DNA of 64,000 bases, from positions 1 through 64,000 of the forward strand of contig JBBDRF010000071.1 of NCBI GenBank assembly GCA_040905565.1, given 5' to 3'. Of this stretch, positions 46,672 to 57,555 are shown in pieces (the stretch's first letter is position 1; every line of letters starts with the position of its first letter). Below the pieces are notes generated by a model. It did not search any database. It had not been told where the DNA came from and was given only the letters and a program-made list of their open reading frames with translations. The position numbers and the translations under genes were made by a program. This DNA comes from Phycisphaeraceae bacterium (GTDB lineage: Bacteria > Planctomycetota > Phycisphaerae > Phycisphaerales > Zrk34).

Positions 46672-49600
46672 AGCAGCATTCCATCGTCGTCGCCGGCCGA
46701 CGTCACGCGCGGCTTGTCCAGCGGCGGCGGCTCAGATCGCGTTCGCTGCCGGCCGTTCCAGAGCCACCGCGTGGCAAGCACCGCGTCGATGCCCTTCATC
46801 GTCGTGAGCTGGTAGATCGCCACGCCGGGCATCTCGGCGTAGCAGCCCCACTCACGCTCGCTGGTCATGATGAAATCCAGGTCGAACGCGTTCAACAGAC
46901 CCATGCACTTGCCGCGCATGTCGCTGTCGATGCCCGCGAACACCTCGTCCAGAAGGATCGGCCGGGGCGCCAGAGGATCAGCCGACTGGTAGTGGGCGGC
47001 CGCGGCGGCGAACATGGGCAGCGTCAGCGCTACCGCCTTCTCGCCGCCCGAGCCCGTGCCGTGCGTCCGCCGCGTGAGCCGCTGCCACTTGCCGTCCTGC
47101 TGCCGCATCACGGCGAAGCGATGCCAGCGGCGATAATCGAAGGCTTCCTCGATGTGCTGCTGCCAGGTGGCCGTCTCGTTGGCAGTGCGCATAGCCTGAA
47201 TCTGCGCGTGCAGGAACTGCCCGAGGGCGCCGCGGTCGTCGGGCGACCACGTCGCGCCCACGCCGAGCAGGCGACGGCGGGCGTCGGGCAGGCCGGCCGG
47301 GCCGTCGTCCATGGGCTCCCACACGAACTTGATGCGCATGCCCGTGCTCATGGGCCGACTGGTGATCTGCTCGTTCATGTCCGCCACCAGCCGCTCCGCC
47401 TCGTGAAGCCGATCGTGCAGGTGTGTCGCCACCTCGTCGATCAGCGTCTGCTCCAGCACGCGCCGCTCCTGCTCCTCCAGCAGCGATCGCCGCGCGTGGG
47501 CGTCCTCGGCCAGAGCGTCACGCAACTCCAGCATTGAGCAGTCGCGCTGGTCGTACACCACCGTCACGATGAGCAGATTGTCGAGCGTCGTCGTCTGCGG
47601 GCGCAGGTCGTGCGGCAGCAGGGCGTCGGTGAGGTTCTGAATGTGCCGGTGGACCTCGCGTTGGTGCTTCGCCCAGGCTTCCTCGTCGCTCCGCACGTCG
47701 CTGAGCAGCGATTCAATCTGCCGCGCGAGATCGACCGCCCGGCTGACCGAGGCCGGCTCGCCCTGCTCATGCGCCAACTCGGCCGAGATGACCGGCAGGA
47801 GCTTCAGCCGCCCCAGACTCGCCAGCGATTCGATCGCCTCGGCACGATCGGCCTGATGCCGGCCCATCGCTTCGGCGTGAGTCTCGACCTTCTGTTCCGC
47901 CACCGCGAGGGCGGCATGCTGAGACTTGTCCTCCTTGCCCGCCGCCTCTCGTTCCTTCCGCAGATGGCCGACCTGCCGCCGAGCCTCCTCGAGACGGGCG
48001 CGGATGTCACGCGCGCTCTTTCCGACCGACGCTTCAAGCGTGTCGCGATGCGCCTCGGCGGCGCGCAGCTCATTGGCGGCGGTCCGCAGGCGCCCGGCCT
48101 GCATGTGCACCTGAGCCTCCGCTTCAGCGGTGCGGGTGCCGCAACGGTCGGCGTGCCGCCGCGCATCGACGCTGCTGCGAAACGCGGGCCAGAACTGCCC
48201 GGTCGCGTGCCGGTATTCGTCCGTCGCCTCGCGCAACTCGTCGAGACGGTCCACCCACGCGGCGATGCCGAGATCGGCCGCGTCTCGATCGCGCTCCTCC
48301 TCCGCCGCCTGCAACGCCTGCCGCCGCTCGTGGACACGTCGCTCAGCCTCGCCCACGCGCCCGCGCTGCTCGCCGACGCGTCGCCCCGCAGCCGCCCGCT
48401 CGGCGAGCGCTTTGCGCACCAGCTCATCATCGGGCGCCTGCCGGGCCTCCCGCCGCGCCTGCTCGATGCGCTGCTCGACGTTGTCGATCGCCGACCGCAG
48501 CCGAGCCGCCGATGCGTCGGCCTCGGCAATCTGCGCGTCGAGGGCGTCGATCTGCTGAAGCCGGTGGCGTTCGCGCGCCGCCTGGCCGATATGCTGCGGC
48601 GTAACCTTGCTCCATCGGCCGTGCAGCGGGCCGTTGCGCCACCCGCCGTCCGCTGCCACCCAGGTAGCGGATGAGCCGGCGCCCACACCGATGCGCATCA
48701 GCACGGCGGCCACCACCCGCTCCTCCACGCCGGCCTTTTCGGCAGCGGTGGTGTCGGTTGATCAGATTGATTAGCCGCGGCGCGTCCTCCGGCAGCGGGG
48801 CGTCGCCCGCGATAAGGCACGTATCGAGCGTCTCAGCGTCCAGCAGCCGGCCGTCCGGCGTCATCCACGCGTCGAGCAGCCCGGCCGCCTCCAGTGCTGC
48901 TTCGAGCCCGGCACGGTCGGCCTCGGGCAGGCTGTCGACAAAATCGATCAGCGACCAGAGCGCCGCCCCCGCCTGCCGCTCGCCGCGGGCGTCGTCACCT
49001 CGGGTATGCGGCGGCGCGGGCGAGATGTGCCGCCCCGCCGCGAGGGCGTCTCGCTGCTCCTGTAACTGCTCAATCCGTTCGCGGAGTTCCTTCAGCTTCT
49101 GCGCCACGTCCGCACGCTCCCGCGTCAGCGTTTCGCCCGCCGTCGCCAGCGCCGCCGCCACGGCCTCACGCACCGGGCTTTGCCCCTCGCCCGTCTCGCA
49201 CCACACCTCCAGAGCCTCCGCCAGATCGTCGGCCGGCGTGGGCGACAGCTCCGACGCCGCCCGCGTCCATGCCCGGTAGGCCTCAAGCAGCGCCCCACCC
49301 GCGGCCGAGAGCACTTCCGCAGCGGTCCGCTCGGCCTCAACCGCCTCGTCCAGCCCCGTCTGCTGATCGTCAAGCCTCTGCTTCGCCGCGCTCAACTGCA
49401 TCGCCGCCGCCTGCACCGCCTGAACCAGCGACGTCACGCGCCGGATTGCCTGCTGACGATGTGCGATCAGTTCCCCGACCTTCCCCGCGGCCACGTCGAT
49501 TGCCGCCTTATCCAGAGCTTCGCCGCGCAACGTATCGACGGTAGCCAGGGCGGCCTCGTGCTGATCGTGCACGCCCGCCTCCGTCGCGGCCGCCGCGGCG

Positions 49601-50832
49601 CAGGCCCTCGCAGCTTCAAGCTCCTCCTCCGCGCTGGACGCCGCCCGCTGCGCCTCCTCAAGCTCGGTCGCCGCGGCGTCACGACGCTCCACCGCCTCCT
49701 GGTGCTCGCGCCGGCAGTGTTCCCAAGTCACGCGGCGCGTCTCGACGACGCTGTGGGCGGCGTCCAGTGTTTCCGCCGCCCGCATCTCGGGGCTCGAAGC
49801 AAGCGTCTGGGCTTTGGCGTCGGCGGCCTCGAGCTCCTCGTCCAGTTCCGCCAGCCGCTGCGAGAGCCGATCCAGCGCGGCTGACGCGGCGTCCCGCTTC
49901 CCCTCGGCGACGCGCAGATCACGCTGGGCCTGCTCATATTCGAAGTTCGTCGACCGCACCCGAGCAGCCCGCCGGCGCCCGGCGCAGCGCACATAAGGCC
50001 CGTACTCACGCAGGAAGGCCTCGGTTGCGGCCCCGGCTGCCTCTGACCGCTGCAAATCCAACCGGTCGCTCTCGAGACCGCGAAACGATTCGGCAACGTC
50101 CTCGATGATGCGCCGCTCGATCGGCGGCAGCGCCTCGCTCAACGCCGCCGACAGACGCTTCTCATCCAGATCGCGGGACAACTGCGGCTGACGAAGCTGA
50201 ATCAGCAGGTCCATCAGCGCGCGGTAGCGTGCATCGCCGAGCTTGAACAGTTCAGCATCCACCGTGCGGCGATACTCATTGCGATCCTTGAAGACGGTCC
50301 CCGCCTCACCAATCACGTCAGTCAGAGCGTCCCGCGAAAGCGGCTGGTCACGGTCGTTACGCAGGTGCAGGTCGACGCCCACTCGCCCTTCGCGGAGGAT
50401 GAAATACCACCGCGTGGGCGCGCCCCGGCCGGCAGTCGCCTGCAGCGCGATACCGATCGTGAAGTAATGATCCACGCCCTGCTCGTCGACCCGGCCGAAC
50501 TCGAGCCACGTGTAGCCGAGGCGGTCGGAGTAGCGGTTCATCAGCAGGTTCCACTCGATCCGCTTGGCGACGTCGCCGTCGGGCTCGACGCGCTGCGGCG
50601 GAATATCCGCGTCGAGCAGGAACGGCAGCTGCATCGCCAGCACGCGGGATTTGCCCGTACCGTTGTTGCCTCGCAGCAGCAGGCGGCCCTGCTCGAAATG
50701 GAAGACCTGCTCGTCGTAACGGTAAATGTTCAGCAGCCCCGCACGCAGCGGCCGCCATCGTTGCGATAGCGGTGATGCAAGGACGTCCGGCTGCTCGCCG
50801 TTGTCTGCAACGGGCTCGTCGAACCGCTTCAT
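46668..50832 (-). pseudogene. jetC: Wadjet type II JetC-like SMC ATPase (TIGR02680 family), frameshifted near 48760
   Basis: Walker A LRGNNGTGKS in the 5' ORF; signature GSGGEK and Walker B ILLDEVFAGID in the 3' ORF in another frame; long coiled coils. Confidence 0.85.
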
Positions 50833-52086
50833 GACGTTTGCTCCCACAACTGGGGCGTCGGCTCGGCACGCTCAGCCTGGCGCGGCGCATCGAGCGCGTA
50901 GCGGCCGATCGCTGGGCGAACGATCACGCCGTCCTCCGTCCGCCGAACCAGACGCAGCGCTTCGAGCCGGTCCAGCGTCTGCTCCGTCAGCGCCACCTCC
51001 GCCCCCGGCACCCGTGCGTCCTTGCGCCAGTACAAGCCGTATGTCTGGATCAACCGCGCCGTTTGATCACGAACTGCGGCGATTCCCACAAGGGCCGACG
51101 ATTTACCCGCCGCATCCTGCGCCTGCCCGGCCAGCCATTCGGCAAGCAGCAGCGTGAGGTGACCGGCCGTGCCCTCTTCCGGCATGCCCAGATCGGTTGC
51201 ATCACCATTCGTATCGGCCAGCGCGATGCCCTCACGGCGCACCTCCGGCACGAGGCCCGTTGCCTCCTCGACTTCACGCAGTATGTGCGGCCGTTGCGTG
51301 GTAAGGTACGCGCGCTCCGCCTCGCTCAATTCGTCATAGTAGATCACCGGGTCGTCCAGCATCCGGGCCGTCAGCGCTGCACGGATGCGGCGATTGCGGG
51401 CGTCGTCGCTGTCGGGGATCGCCTCGTTGAGCATCGCGTCGATTCGGTCGAGCAGATATGCCTCTTCGATCGTCGACGGCCCGCGACTCACATTGATCAG
51501 GCTGCTCAGCGCCACACGGTGGATGGTGTAGAGGACGTCGCCCTTGTCGGCCACATACTGCTCCTCCTCACCGTCGATCCGCACGAGCACGCCGAGGTCG
51601 TCGAGCAAGCGGATGACCTGGACAAGGTCGCGCCGCTGCTCGTGACGGTTGAGGTCAAGTTCGACGCCCGCCTCCGCCAAAGCCGGATCAGACTCGGCGA
51701 AATCCATCACGTCCCTGGCGATGTGCCCAAGCACCGTTTGCCGCTCAGCCCGCTCCAGTGCCGCCAGCACGAGGCAGAACATCACGTAGCGACGTCGCGT
51801 GAACGGCACGCGGCTGTGTGGATCGATTCCGGGCCGCGTCGCGTCGTCGCGATCCGCCGGCCGTTTACGCAACCGCGCGACTTCGCTGTCCACGTAGAGT
51901 CGCCACTGCACGTTTCGTGCCAGCCACTCGCGCAGCCACTCAGCATGGCGGCGGATGAGCGTCAGTGCTTCCGGATGACGCGACGCGGTGATCAGCGGCC
52001 GCGACAGCAGCGCACGCAGCGCCTGCTGCCGCTCGTGGCGTACCGTCGCATCAAGGTGAGCGCCCAGCCGAGGACCGCTCAGCCAT
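50829..52086 (-). pseudogene. jetB: Wadjet type II JetB-like protein (TIGR02678 family), apparent frameshift just after the start
   Basis: Family-like N-terminus ERQQALRALLSRPL...RRHAEWLREWL lies upstream of the called GTG, but the RBS-linked ATG (52086) is one base out of frame. Confidence 0.7.
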
Positions 52087-53728
52087 CGGTCACCTCCTGC
52101 TGCCCAACGGAGATCGCGTCTGAGGCCGGCGGCGGTGTCGCGGCACTCGCCTCGCCCGACGCGTCCGTCTCGCGAATGAGGATGTGATGATCCTCGCCGA
52201 CGAAGCGGCCGGCGGGCGTCTTGACCGAGGCGGCCACGCCGTCGTCGGTCGGCTCGAGGTGGATCGAGAGCGTGCCGTCGGCTGATGTCGCCTCGACCGG
52301 CCCCGCCATCGACGCTCGATGCGCCAAGGCTTCGCCCAGCAGCTCGAGAAACAGCTCAAACGCGGGGGTGTCCAGTTCGCCAAGCCGCGACAGCCGCGTC
52401 GCCCGCCCCGTCGCCAGCACCGAACGGGCCGCAGCCAACTGACGCGCCTCCTCCGCCGCGAAACGCGCCAGCGCCGCCTTCTCCTTTCGCCGATCGATCA
52501 CCCGCGCCGCCGGCCCTGGTCGGCGCGTGCGGCCCGTCTTCCGCAACCGCGGCGAAACCCGCAACGGCGGCGCATCGCACCACGGCGTCGACGCCCGCAC
52601 GGGCTCCTGCTCCCAAGCGTCAAGCGTGTCCTGGTCCACCCGCAGATGACGCGCCGGCGCCAGGCCGAACGCCGCCCGCCAGAGTTGATGAGCCTCGCGA
52701 TCGTCGTCCGTCTCCGCGAACCACCGCGCCAGCGTGCGCAGGTCTGCCGACCGGTCACTGCGCGTAATGCGCCGCTCGTGCAGCATGCCGACCGCCCGCA
52801 GCAACGCCGGTATCGCCGCCCGCGCATGCGCCCGCAGTTCCTGCTCCTGCGCTCGCTCGCCCTCCGAAGCGATGAACCAGCCTCGCAGGCCCTTCCACCG
52901 CCTTCGCCATTGCTCGACCACTGCGGCCCGCCGCTCGTCGTCTGGCGGCAGCACCGCATCGCGCAGCTCACGTCGCGCCGCCGCCTCCAGCAAGCGGTCG
53001 ATACCCGCCGACTCGATCCGCTCGATCAGGTCGGCGATCTGAGGCGACGTCGTCGCCAACTCCGCGATAAAGCGCTTCAGGTAGTCGATCAGCGCCTGCT
53101 TGTAGGACATGAACGCGTTGAGGTCGACGTCCTGCAGTTGCGTCGTCCGCTGCAGGCTGCTCAGGAACGTCTGGGCCCGGGCGGTGAGTTGCTCGAAGCG
53201 GGAGCGGAGGATATCAAGCTGCCGGAAGGCTTCGCCGTCATCGATCGTCGCCTGTCCCACGGCGCGTAAGAGGCCCTCGAGCTCCTCGCGGATCTCGTGC
53301 AGCGTCGTCGTCTGAAGCTCGCCCGCTTCATTCAGCGCCTGCACGAACACCTGCAGCGCCCGTTCGACAGCCTGTCCCGTTTCCGTAATCTGGTAAAGAA
53401 ACCGCGGCCGGAGGAACTCCTTGACCGAGGACACCTCGTCCGTATCCAGGTGCTTCTCGAGATTCCCCCAGTCGCACAATTGATCGAGCGCCCGCTCCAC
53501 CTCGAGTCGATCCAGCCGCGTCGCCCCTGCCGCCGCCAGCGCCGCGTGCACTTGCGCGGGGCGAAGGTGCAGCTTGAACTGCCCCGTCGCCTCGATGAAT
53601 TGCCGCATCATCGCCCGGTACAGCTCAGGTTTCCCGGCCCTCACGTGCTGGAACGCCATCCAACGATTGACGCCCCCGCTCGGCGGGTCCGGGCCGAAAC
53701 CATCGGAATAATCGGTCCCGCGGCTCAT
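52079..53728 (-). CDS. jetA: Wadjet type II JetA-like protein (TIGR02677 family)
   Basis: LDQLCDWGNL, FMSYKQALIDYLKRF, RWKGLRGWF, DRSADLRTLARWFA and AAFGLAPARHL. Confidence 0.85.
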   Translation of the reverse strand: MSRGTDYSDGFGPDPPSGGVNRWMAFQHVRAGKPELYRAMMRQFIEATGQFKLHLRPAQVHAALAAAGATRLDRLEVERALDQLCDWGNLEKHLDTDEVSSVKEFLRPRFLYQITETGQAVERALQVFVQALNEAGELQTTTLHEIREELEGLLRAVGQATIDDGEAFRQLDILRSRFEQLTARAQTFLSSLQRTTQLQDVDLNAFMSYKQALIDYLKRFIAELATTSPQIADLIERIESAGIDRLLEAAARRELRDAVLPPDDERRAAVVEQWRRRWKGLRGWFIASEGERAQEQELRAHARAAIPALLRAVGMLHERRITRSDRSADLRTLARWFAETDDDREAHQLWRAAFGLAPARHLRVDQDTLDAWEQEPVRASTPWCDAPPLRVSPRLRKTGRTRRPGPAARVIDRRKEKAALARFAAEEARQLAAARSVLATGRATRLSRLGELDTPAFELFLELLGEALAHRASMAGPVEATSADGTLSIHLEPTDDGVAASVKTPAGRFVGEDHHILIRETDASGEASAATPPPASDAISVGQQEVTDG

Positions 53729-53825
53729 CGACTGCCATGATAGCTGTAGAAGCCCTCGGCAGCACGGAAATTACGGGAGTCGCGATCGACTGGATCTGCA
53801 ATTTTGCGAAAGCAGCAGGCCGCCG

Positions 53826-54310
53826 TTACGCCCACCACACGTCGCCGGCCTCTCCGGTCTCCGCCCATCGACGGTGCTGCCTGCGAATCAGCGCCCGAAC
53901 GCGCCGCCAGGCGGTCGTGGGCTGGACCTTGGCTCTAGTAGCCTTCTGCGCATGGTTCGCTGCAACGATGAACACAGGCTCGATTGCCTCCAGGCGCCAC
54001 CCCAGCGCCATTGCGGCCTCGGCGATACGGGCTGCACAGCCCGGTGCAACCATGCCTTGGCGGCTGTTGAACTTTCCGTGGTTGGTCGGGCCTGCGGCGT
54101 CGAGGTAGCCGACCTGGGACTGCCGTTCCACGACGTCCTGCCACGCCTTGTCTGACCATGCCAACTCGGCCAGTTCAGAGATGCAGTTGCGGTAGAGGCC
54201 CCATGCTCCCTCGTCCGCGTACTGCGTCTTATCGTACTCGATGATCGCCTCCCGGATTTCGCGATCAGTCGGCTCGCGTCCCAGCCGCTCACGCAGGCGG
54301 GTGAGGTGAT
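53826..54310 (-). pseudogene. 5'-truncated hypothetical gene
   Basis: Protein-like C-terminal part (GAWGLYRNC...YLDAAGP...MVAPG); its upstream part is replaced by opposite-strand gene fragments. Confidence 0.5.
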
Positions 54311-54480
54311 GGGCGTGGGGGAGTTTCTCAACCACGTCCGTCGCATGGTGGTGGATTACGTGGTCGGGCAGGTGCTCACCGGTGAGCAGGGCGCGGACAT
54401 GGCGGCGGCGGACCGGCTGGACGACGTGACGGCCTACTACCTGCTGCACCGGCACGACTTCGGCATGGACGAAGCGCCCG
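54306..54480 (+). pseudogene. Internal fragment resembling the C-terminal region of DUF1156 DNA adenine methyltransferases
   Basis: VGEFLNHVRRMVVDYVVGQVL...LDDVTAYYLLHRHDFGMDEAP; recognised from memory of the family. Confidence 0.5.
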
Positions 54481-54483
54481 TCA

Positions 54484-54708
54484 CTTACGCAACTCGCCGA
54501 ACAACTCCAGGTCGCCGAAAGCCGGATCCGCAAGCTGCTGCCGCTGACATTCCTCGGGCCGAAGATCCTGGAGCGGGCACTCACCGGCGACCTTCCTCCC
54601 AGCCTCACACTCGATGATCTGCTGCATGCCGCGGTGCATCTGGATTGGGACCAGCAGATGCAGGACCTGGGCTTGGACAGGCAGCCGCGCCCGGCCATGT
54701 CAGCCTGA
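54484..54708 (+). pseudogene. C-terminal remnant of a large serine recombinase-type gene
   Basis: Start-less frame LTQLAEQLQVAESRIRKLLPLTFLGPKILERALTGDLPPSLTLDDLL...LDWDQQMQDLG*, matching the 'LAFLAPDI...G.QP..L....LP..W..Q' tail; points at tRNA-Ser. Confidence 0.65.
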
Positions 54709-54845
54709 AAGTCAAGTCCGCCGCCGCCACACCCCCAGCAAAAACGCACTGCCGAAAACCGCGAAAGAGACTCGGGCTTCGAATCGGCCCGATCTCGCCA
54801 AAAACGGTCGCCTCAGCCGAGTCTCTGAACCGCCCCAGATACACG

Positions 54846-54872
54846 AAAAGCCCCGGAAATCCGGGGCTTTTT
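54846..54872. terminator. Bidirectional intrinsic terminator
   Basis: aaaagccccgga-aa-tccggggcttttt. Confidence 0.85.
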
Positions 54873-54914
54873 GCGTGGGCGCAAACGTCGTGGGAAATTC
54901 CGCTTGCGCCTAAG

Positions 54915-55003
54915 CGGAGCGGGTGGGATTCGAACCCACGGTACGGGTTTCCCCGTACACGCGATTTCCAATCGCGTTCCTTCGGCCACTCGGACACCGC
55001 TCC
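54915..55003 (-). tRNA. tRNA-Ser(GGA)
   Basis: GGAGCGG acceptor stem, anticodon arm CGCGA-TTGGAAA-TCGCG, long variable arm, GGTTCGAATCC; CCA not encoded. Confidence 0.96.
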
Positions 55004-55074
55004 AGAATCGGCGTTGGGCTGGTATCTTAGCGGTTGGAGCGACGACTGGCCAATGCCCCGAGGAGGCGAGCGCG

Positions 55075-55797
55075 GTGAAGTATCGAAGGCATGATCTGCA
55101 CGGGCTGCTTGTGGTGGATAAGCCGCTCGGCTTGACGTCCATGGGCGTCGTCCGCCGCGTCCGCCGGGCGGCAGGGCACTGCAAGACGGGCCATGCGGGC
55201 ACGCTTGATCCACTGGCGACGGGTGTGTTGATCTGCTGCCTGGGCAAGGCGACCAAGACGGTCGATCAACTCATGGGCCTGACGAAAACCTACCAGGCCA
55301 CGGTCGACCTCTCCGCCTTCACGATAACCGACGATGTCGAGGGCGAGCGTGAGGAGATCGCCGTCGACCATCCTCCCACCGAGCAGGCGGTGCGGGAGGC
55401 GCTGGCGCAGCTCACGGGGACGATCGAGCAGACGCCTCCCATCTATAGTGCCATGAAAGTCGAAGGCCGACGCGCCTACGCCCTCGCGCGGCAGGGCGAG
55501 GACGTGAAGCTTAAACCCCGCCCCGTCCGCATCGACGCGATCGATCTGCAAAGCTACGATTTCCCCCGCCTCAAGATCGTGATCACCTGTGGCAAGGGCA
55601 CGTACATCCGTTCGCTCGCGCGGCAGATCGGGCAGAGCCTCAGCACCGGCGGGCATCTTGCGGATTTGCGTCGCCTGGCCGTCGGGCCTTATACACTTGA
55701 GCAGGCGGTCACGCTGGAGGATCTGCCCGAGCCTTTGAACCCCGAGCATCTGCTGCCCGTGCCGAGTGCTCAGAACGATTTCGATGCATCGCGCTGA
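55075..55797 (+). CDS. truB: tRNA pseudouridine(55) synthase
   Basis: VVDKPLGLTS, GHAGTLDPLATGVL, QTPPIYSAMK and CGKGTYIRSLA. Confidence 0.95.
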   Translation: MKYRRHDLHGLLVVDKPLGLTSMGVVRRVRRAAGHCKTGHAGTLDPLATGVLICCLGKATKTVDQLMGLTKTYQATVDLSAFTITDDVEGEREEIAVDHPPTEQAVREALAQLTGTIEQTPPIYSAMKVEGRRAYALARQGEDVKLKPRPVRIDAIDLQSYDFPRLKIVITCGKGTYIRSLARQIGQSLSTGGHLADLRRLAVGPYTLEQAVTLEDLPEPLNPEHLLPVPSAQNDFDASR

Positions 55798-55820
55798 AAC
55801 AGCCGATAGTCTGGAATGAT

Positions 55821-56708
55821 ATGGAACGTTTACGCGTCGCTTCGCTTCAATACTGGATCCGCCCTGTCGATACCTTCGAGCAGTTCCGCGATCAGGTCTC
55901 CGGCCTGGTGCAGACGGCTGTCGATTACGACGTCAAACTTGTGGTGTTTCCCGAGTACTTCACCATCCAGTTGATGACGCTAGGCGATGTCCGCGCCCCG
56001 GCCGATCAGCAGGTGCGGACGCTTTCGCAGATGGTGGAGCCGTTCGTCGATCTCATGAGTTCGCTCAGCAAGAAGCATCAGCTCTACATCGTGGCGGGCT
56101 CGATCCCCGTGATGGACGACGGCTCGGACCACGTCTACAACGAATCGTTCTTCTTCGGCCCCTCCGGCGAGCACGGCCGCCAGGGCAAAATGCACATGAC
56201 CCGGTGGGAACGCGAGGACTGGGGCCTTTCGCCACGCCATCAACTCAAGGTTTTCGAGACCGAACTCGGCCGCATCGCCATCGCCATCTGTTATGACGTC
56301 GAGTTCCCCGAAATCGCCCGGGCGGCGGCTCGGCAGGGGTGCAGCATCCTCGTGGTGCCCTCCTGTACTGATGATCGTCAGGGCTTTCTGCGGGTGCGAT
56401 ATTGCGCCCATGCCCGGTGCATCGAGAATCAGCTTTACGTGGTGCATGCCTCGACGGTCGGGTCGCTGCCGATGGTGCCCTCGGTGGCGCTAAATTACGG
56501 GCAGGCATCGATCCTGACGCCCAGCGATTTCCCGTTCGCGCGTGACGGCATCCTCGCCGAGGGCGTGATCAATCAGGAGACAATGGTTATCGCGGAACTT
56601 AATATGAAGAGCATCGAAGACAGCCGAACGTTCGGCACGGTGCTACCATTGTATGATTCGCAACACACGAGCGAGATTGTCGCTCAGACCGACCTGATCC
56701 CCCTGTGA
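55821..56708 (+). CDS. Carbon-nitrogen hydrolase (nitrilase superfamily)
   Basis: Catalytic triad motifs VFPEYF, GKMH and ICYDVEFPE. Confidence 0.9.
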   Translation: MERLRVASLQYWIRPVDTFEQFRDQVSGLVQTAVDYDVKLVVFPEYFTIQLMTLGDVRAPADQQVRTLSQMVEPFVDLMSSLSKKHQLYIVAGSIPVMDDGSDHVYNESFFFGPSGEHGRQGKMHMTRWEREDWGLSPRHQLKVFETELGRIAIAICYDVEFPEIARAAARQGCSILVVPSCTDDRQGFLRVRYCAHARCIENQLYVVHASTVGSLPMVPSVALNYGQASILTPSDFPFARDGILAEGVINQETMVIAELNMKSIEDSRTFGTVLPLYDSQHTSEIVAQTDLIPL

Positions 56709-56717
56709 GCGTGCCCC

Positions 56718-57410
56718 ATGGCCCTGACCGACGGCGTGGTCGTCCGAAATACACGCGTTGAAGACATTGAACAGATTCAGGCGTTAAGCAGGCTGACCTA
56801 CAGCCGCCGTGAAGCCTGGACACCTCGCGAACTCCAGTCGCACCTGCGCGTCTTTCCCGAGGGCCAGTTCGTTGCCCTTGAGCAGGCGACTGGACGTCTC
56901 GTCGGCATGGCGGCCAGCCTCATCGTCCTCTGGGACGAGTACGAACTGGACACCAGCTGGACGGATTTCACCGACGACGGCATGTTCACCAACCACGATC
57001 CCGAACACGGCCGCACGCTCTATGGCGCTGAGGTCATGGTCCACCCGGACATGCAGGGCCGAGGCGTGGGTAAGAAGCTGTACGCCGCCCGGCGTCAGCT
57101 TTGCCGCCGGCTGGGGCTGCTGCGCATCCGGGCCGGCGCCAGGTTGCGTGGCTATTGCGATTACGCCGACCAGATGTCTGCCGAGCAGTACGTGATGAAG
57201 GTGACCCACGGCGAGATCGGCGACCCGACCCTCACCTTTCAGCTGCGCCAGGGCTTCCGCGTCATCGGCGTCGTCGGCGGCTACATCGAACACGATCCCG
57301 AAAGCCTCGGCTACGCCGCGATCATCGAGTGGATCAACCACGCCGTCGCCCGCCGAAGCGACTACCGCCATCGCGACGCGCGCTTCCTTAAACCCAAGAT
57401 CCCCCGGTGA
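56718..57410 (+). CDS. GNAT N-acetyltransferase (YhcX N-domain-like)
   Basis: FPEGQFV, VMVHPDMQGRGVGKKLY and DPTLTFQL. Confidence 0.88.
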   Translation: MALTDGVVVRNTRVEDIEQIQALSRLTYSRREAWTPRELQSHLRVFPEGQFVALEQATGRLVGMAASLIVLWDEYELDTSWTDFTDDGMFTNHDPEHGRTLYGAEVMVHPDMQGRGVGKKLYAARRQLCRRLGLLRIRAGARLRGYCDYADQMSAEQYVMKVTHGEIGDPTLTFQLRQGFRVIGVVGGYIEHDPESLGYAAIIEWINHAVARRSDYRHRDARFLKPKIPR

Positions 57411-57477
57411 ACGAGCCACGCACGCGCTTCTCAAGCCGTTTGCTCCGCAGCACCGAGCGGGCGACAATAGCCGAATC

Positions 57478-57550
57478 GGCCCCGTAGCTCAGCGGTCAGA
57501 GCTGGCGACTCATAATCGCTCGGTCGCAGGTTCGAATCCTGCCGGGGCTA
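57478..57550 (+). tRNA. tRNA-Ile2(CAT) (lysidine type; elongator Met not excluded)
   Basis: GGCCCCG acceptor stem, GGCGA-CTCATAA-TCGCT anticodon arm, GGTTCGAATCC; closely resembles the ileX-type sequence. Confidence 0.9.
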
Positions 57551-57555
57551 TTGGT

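Larger units (their letters stand above)
31120..54914. mobile_element. Degraded tRNA-Ser-anchored genomic (defence) island
   Basis: Abrupt switch from core genes to defence and hypothetical genes; abuts the tRNA-Ser 3' end; recombinase remnant next to the tRNA. Left boundary is approximate and no clear att duplication is seen. Confidence 0.75.

Noticed and set aside
48740..48780. Programmed ribosomal frameshift in jetC
   Set aside because: No slippery heptamer or homopolymer at the junction, and other lesions nearby point to decay or error.
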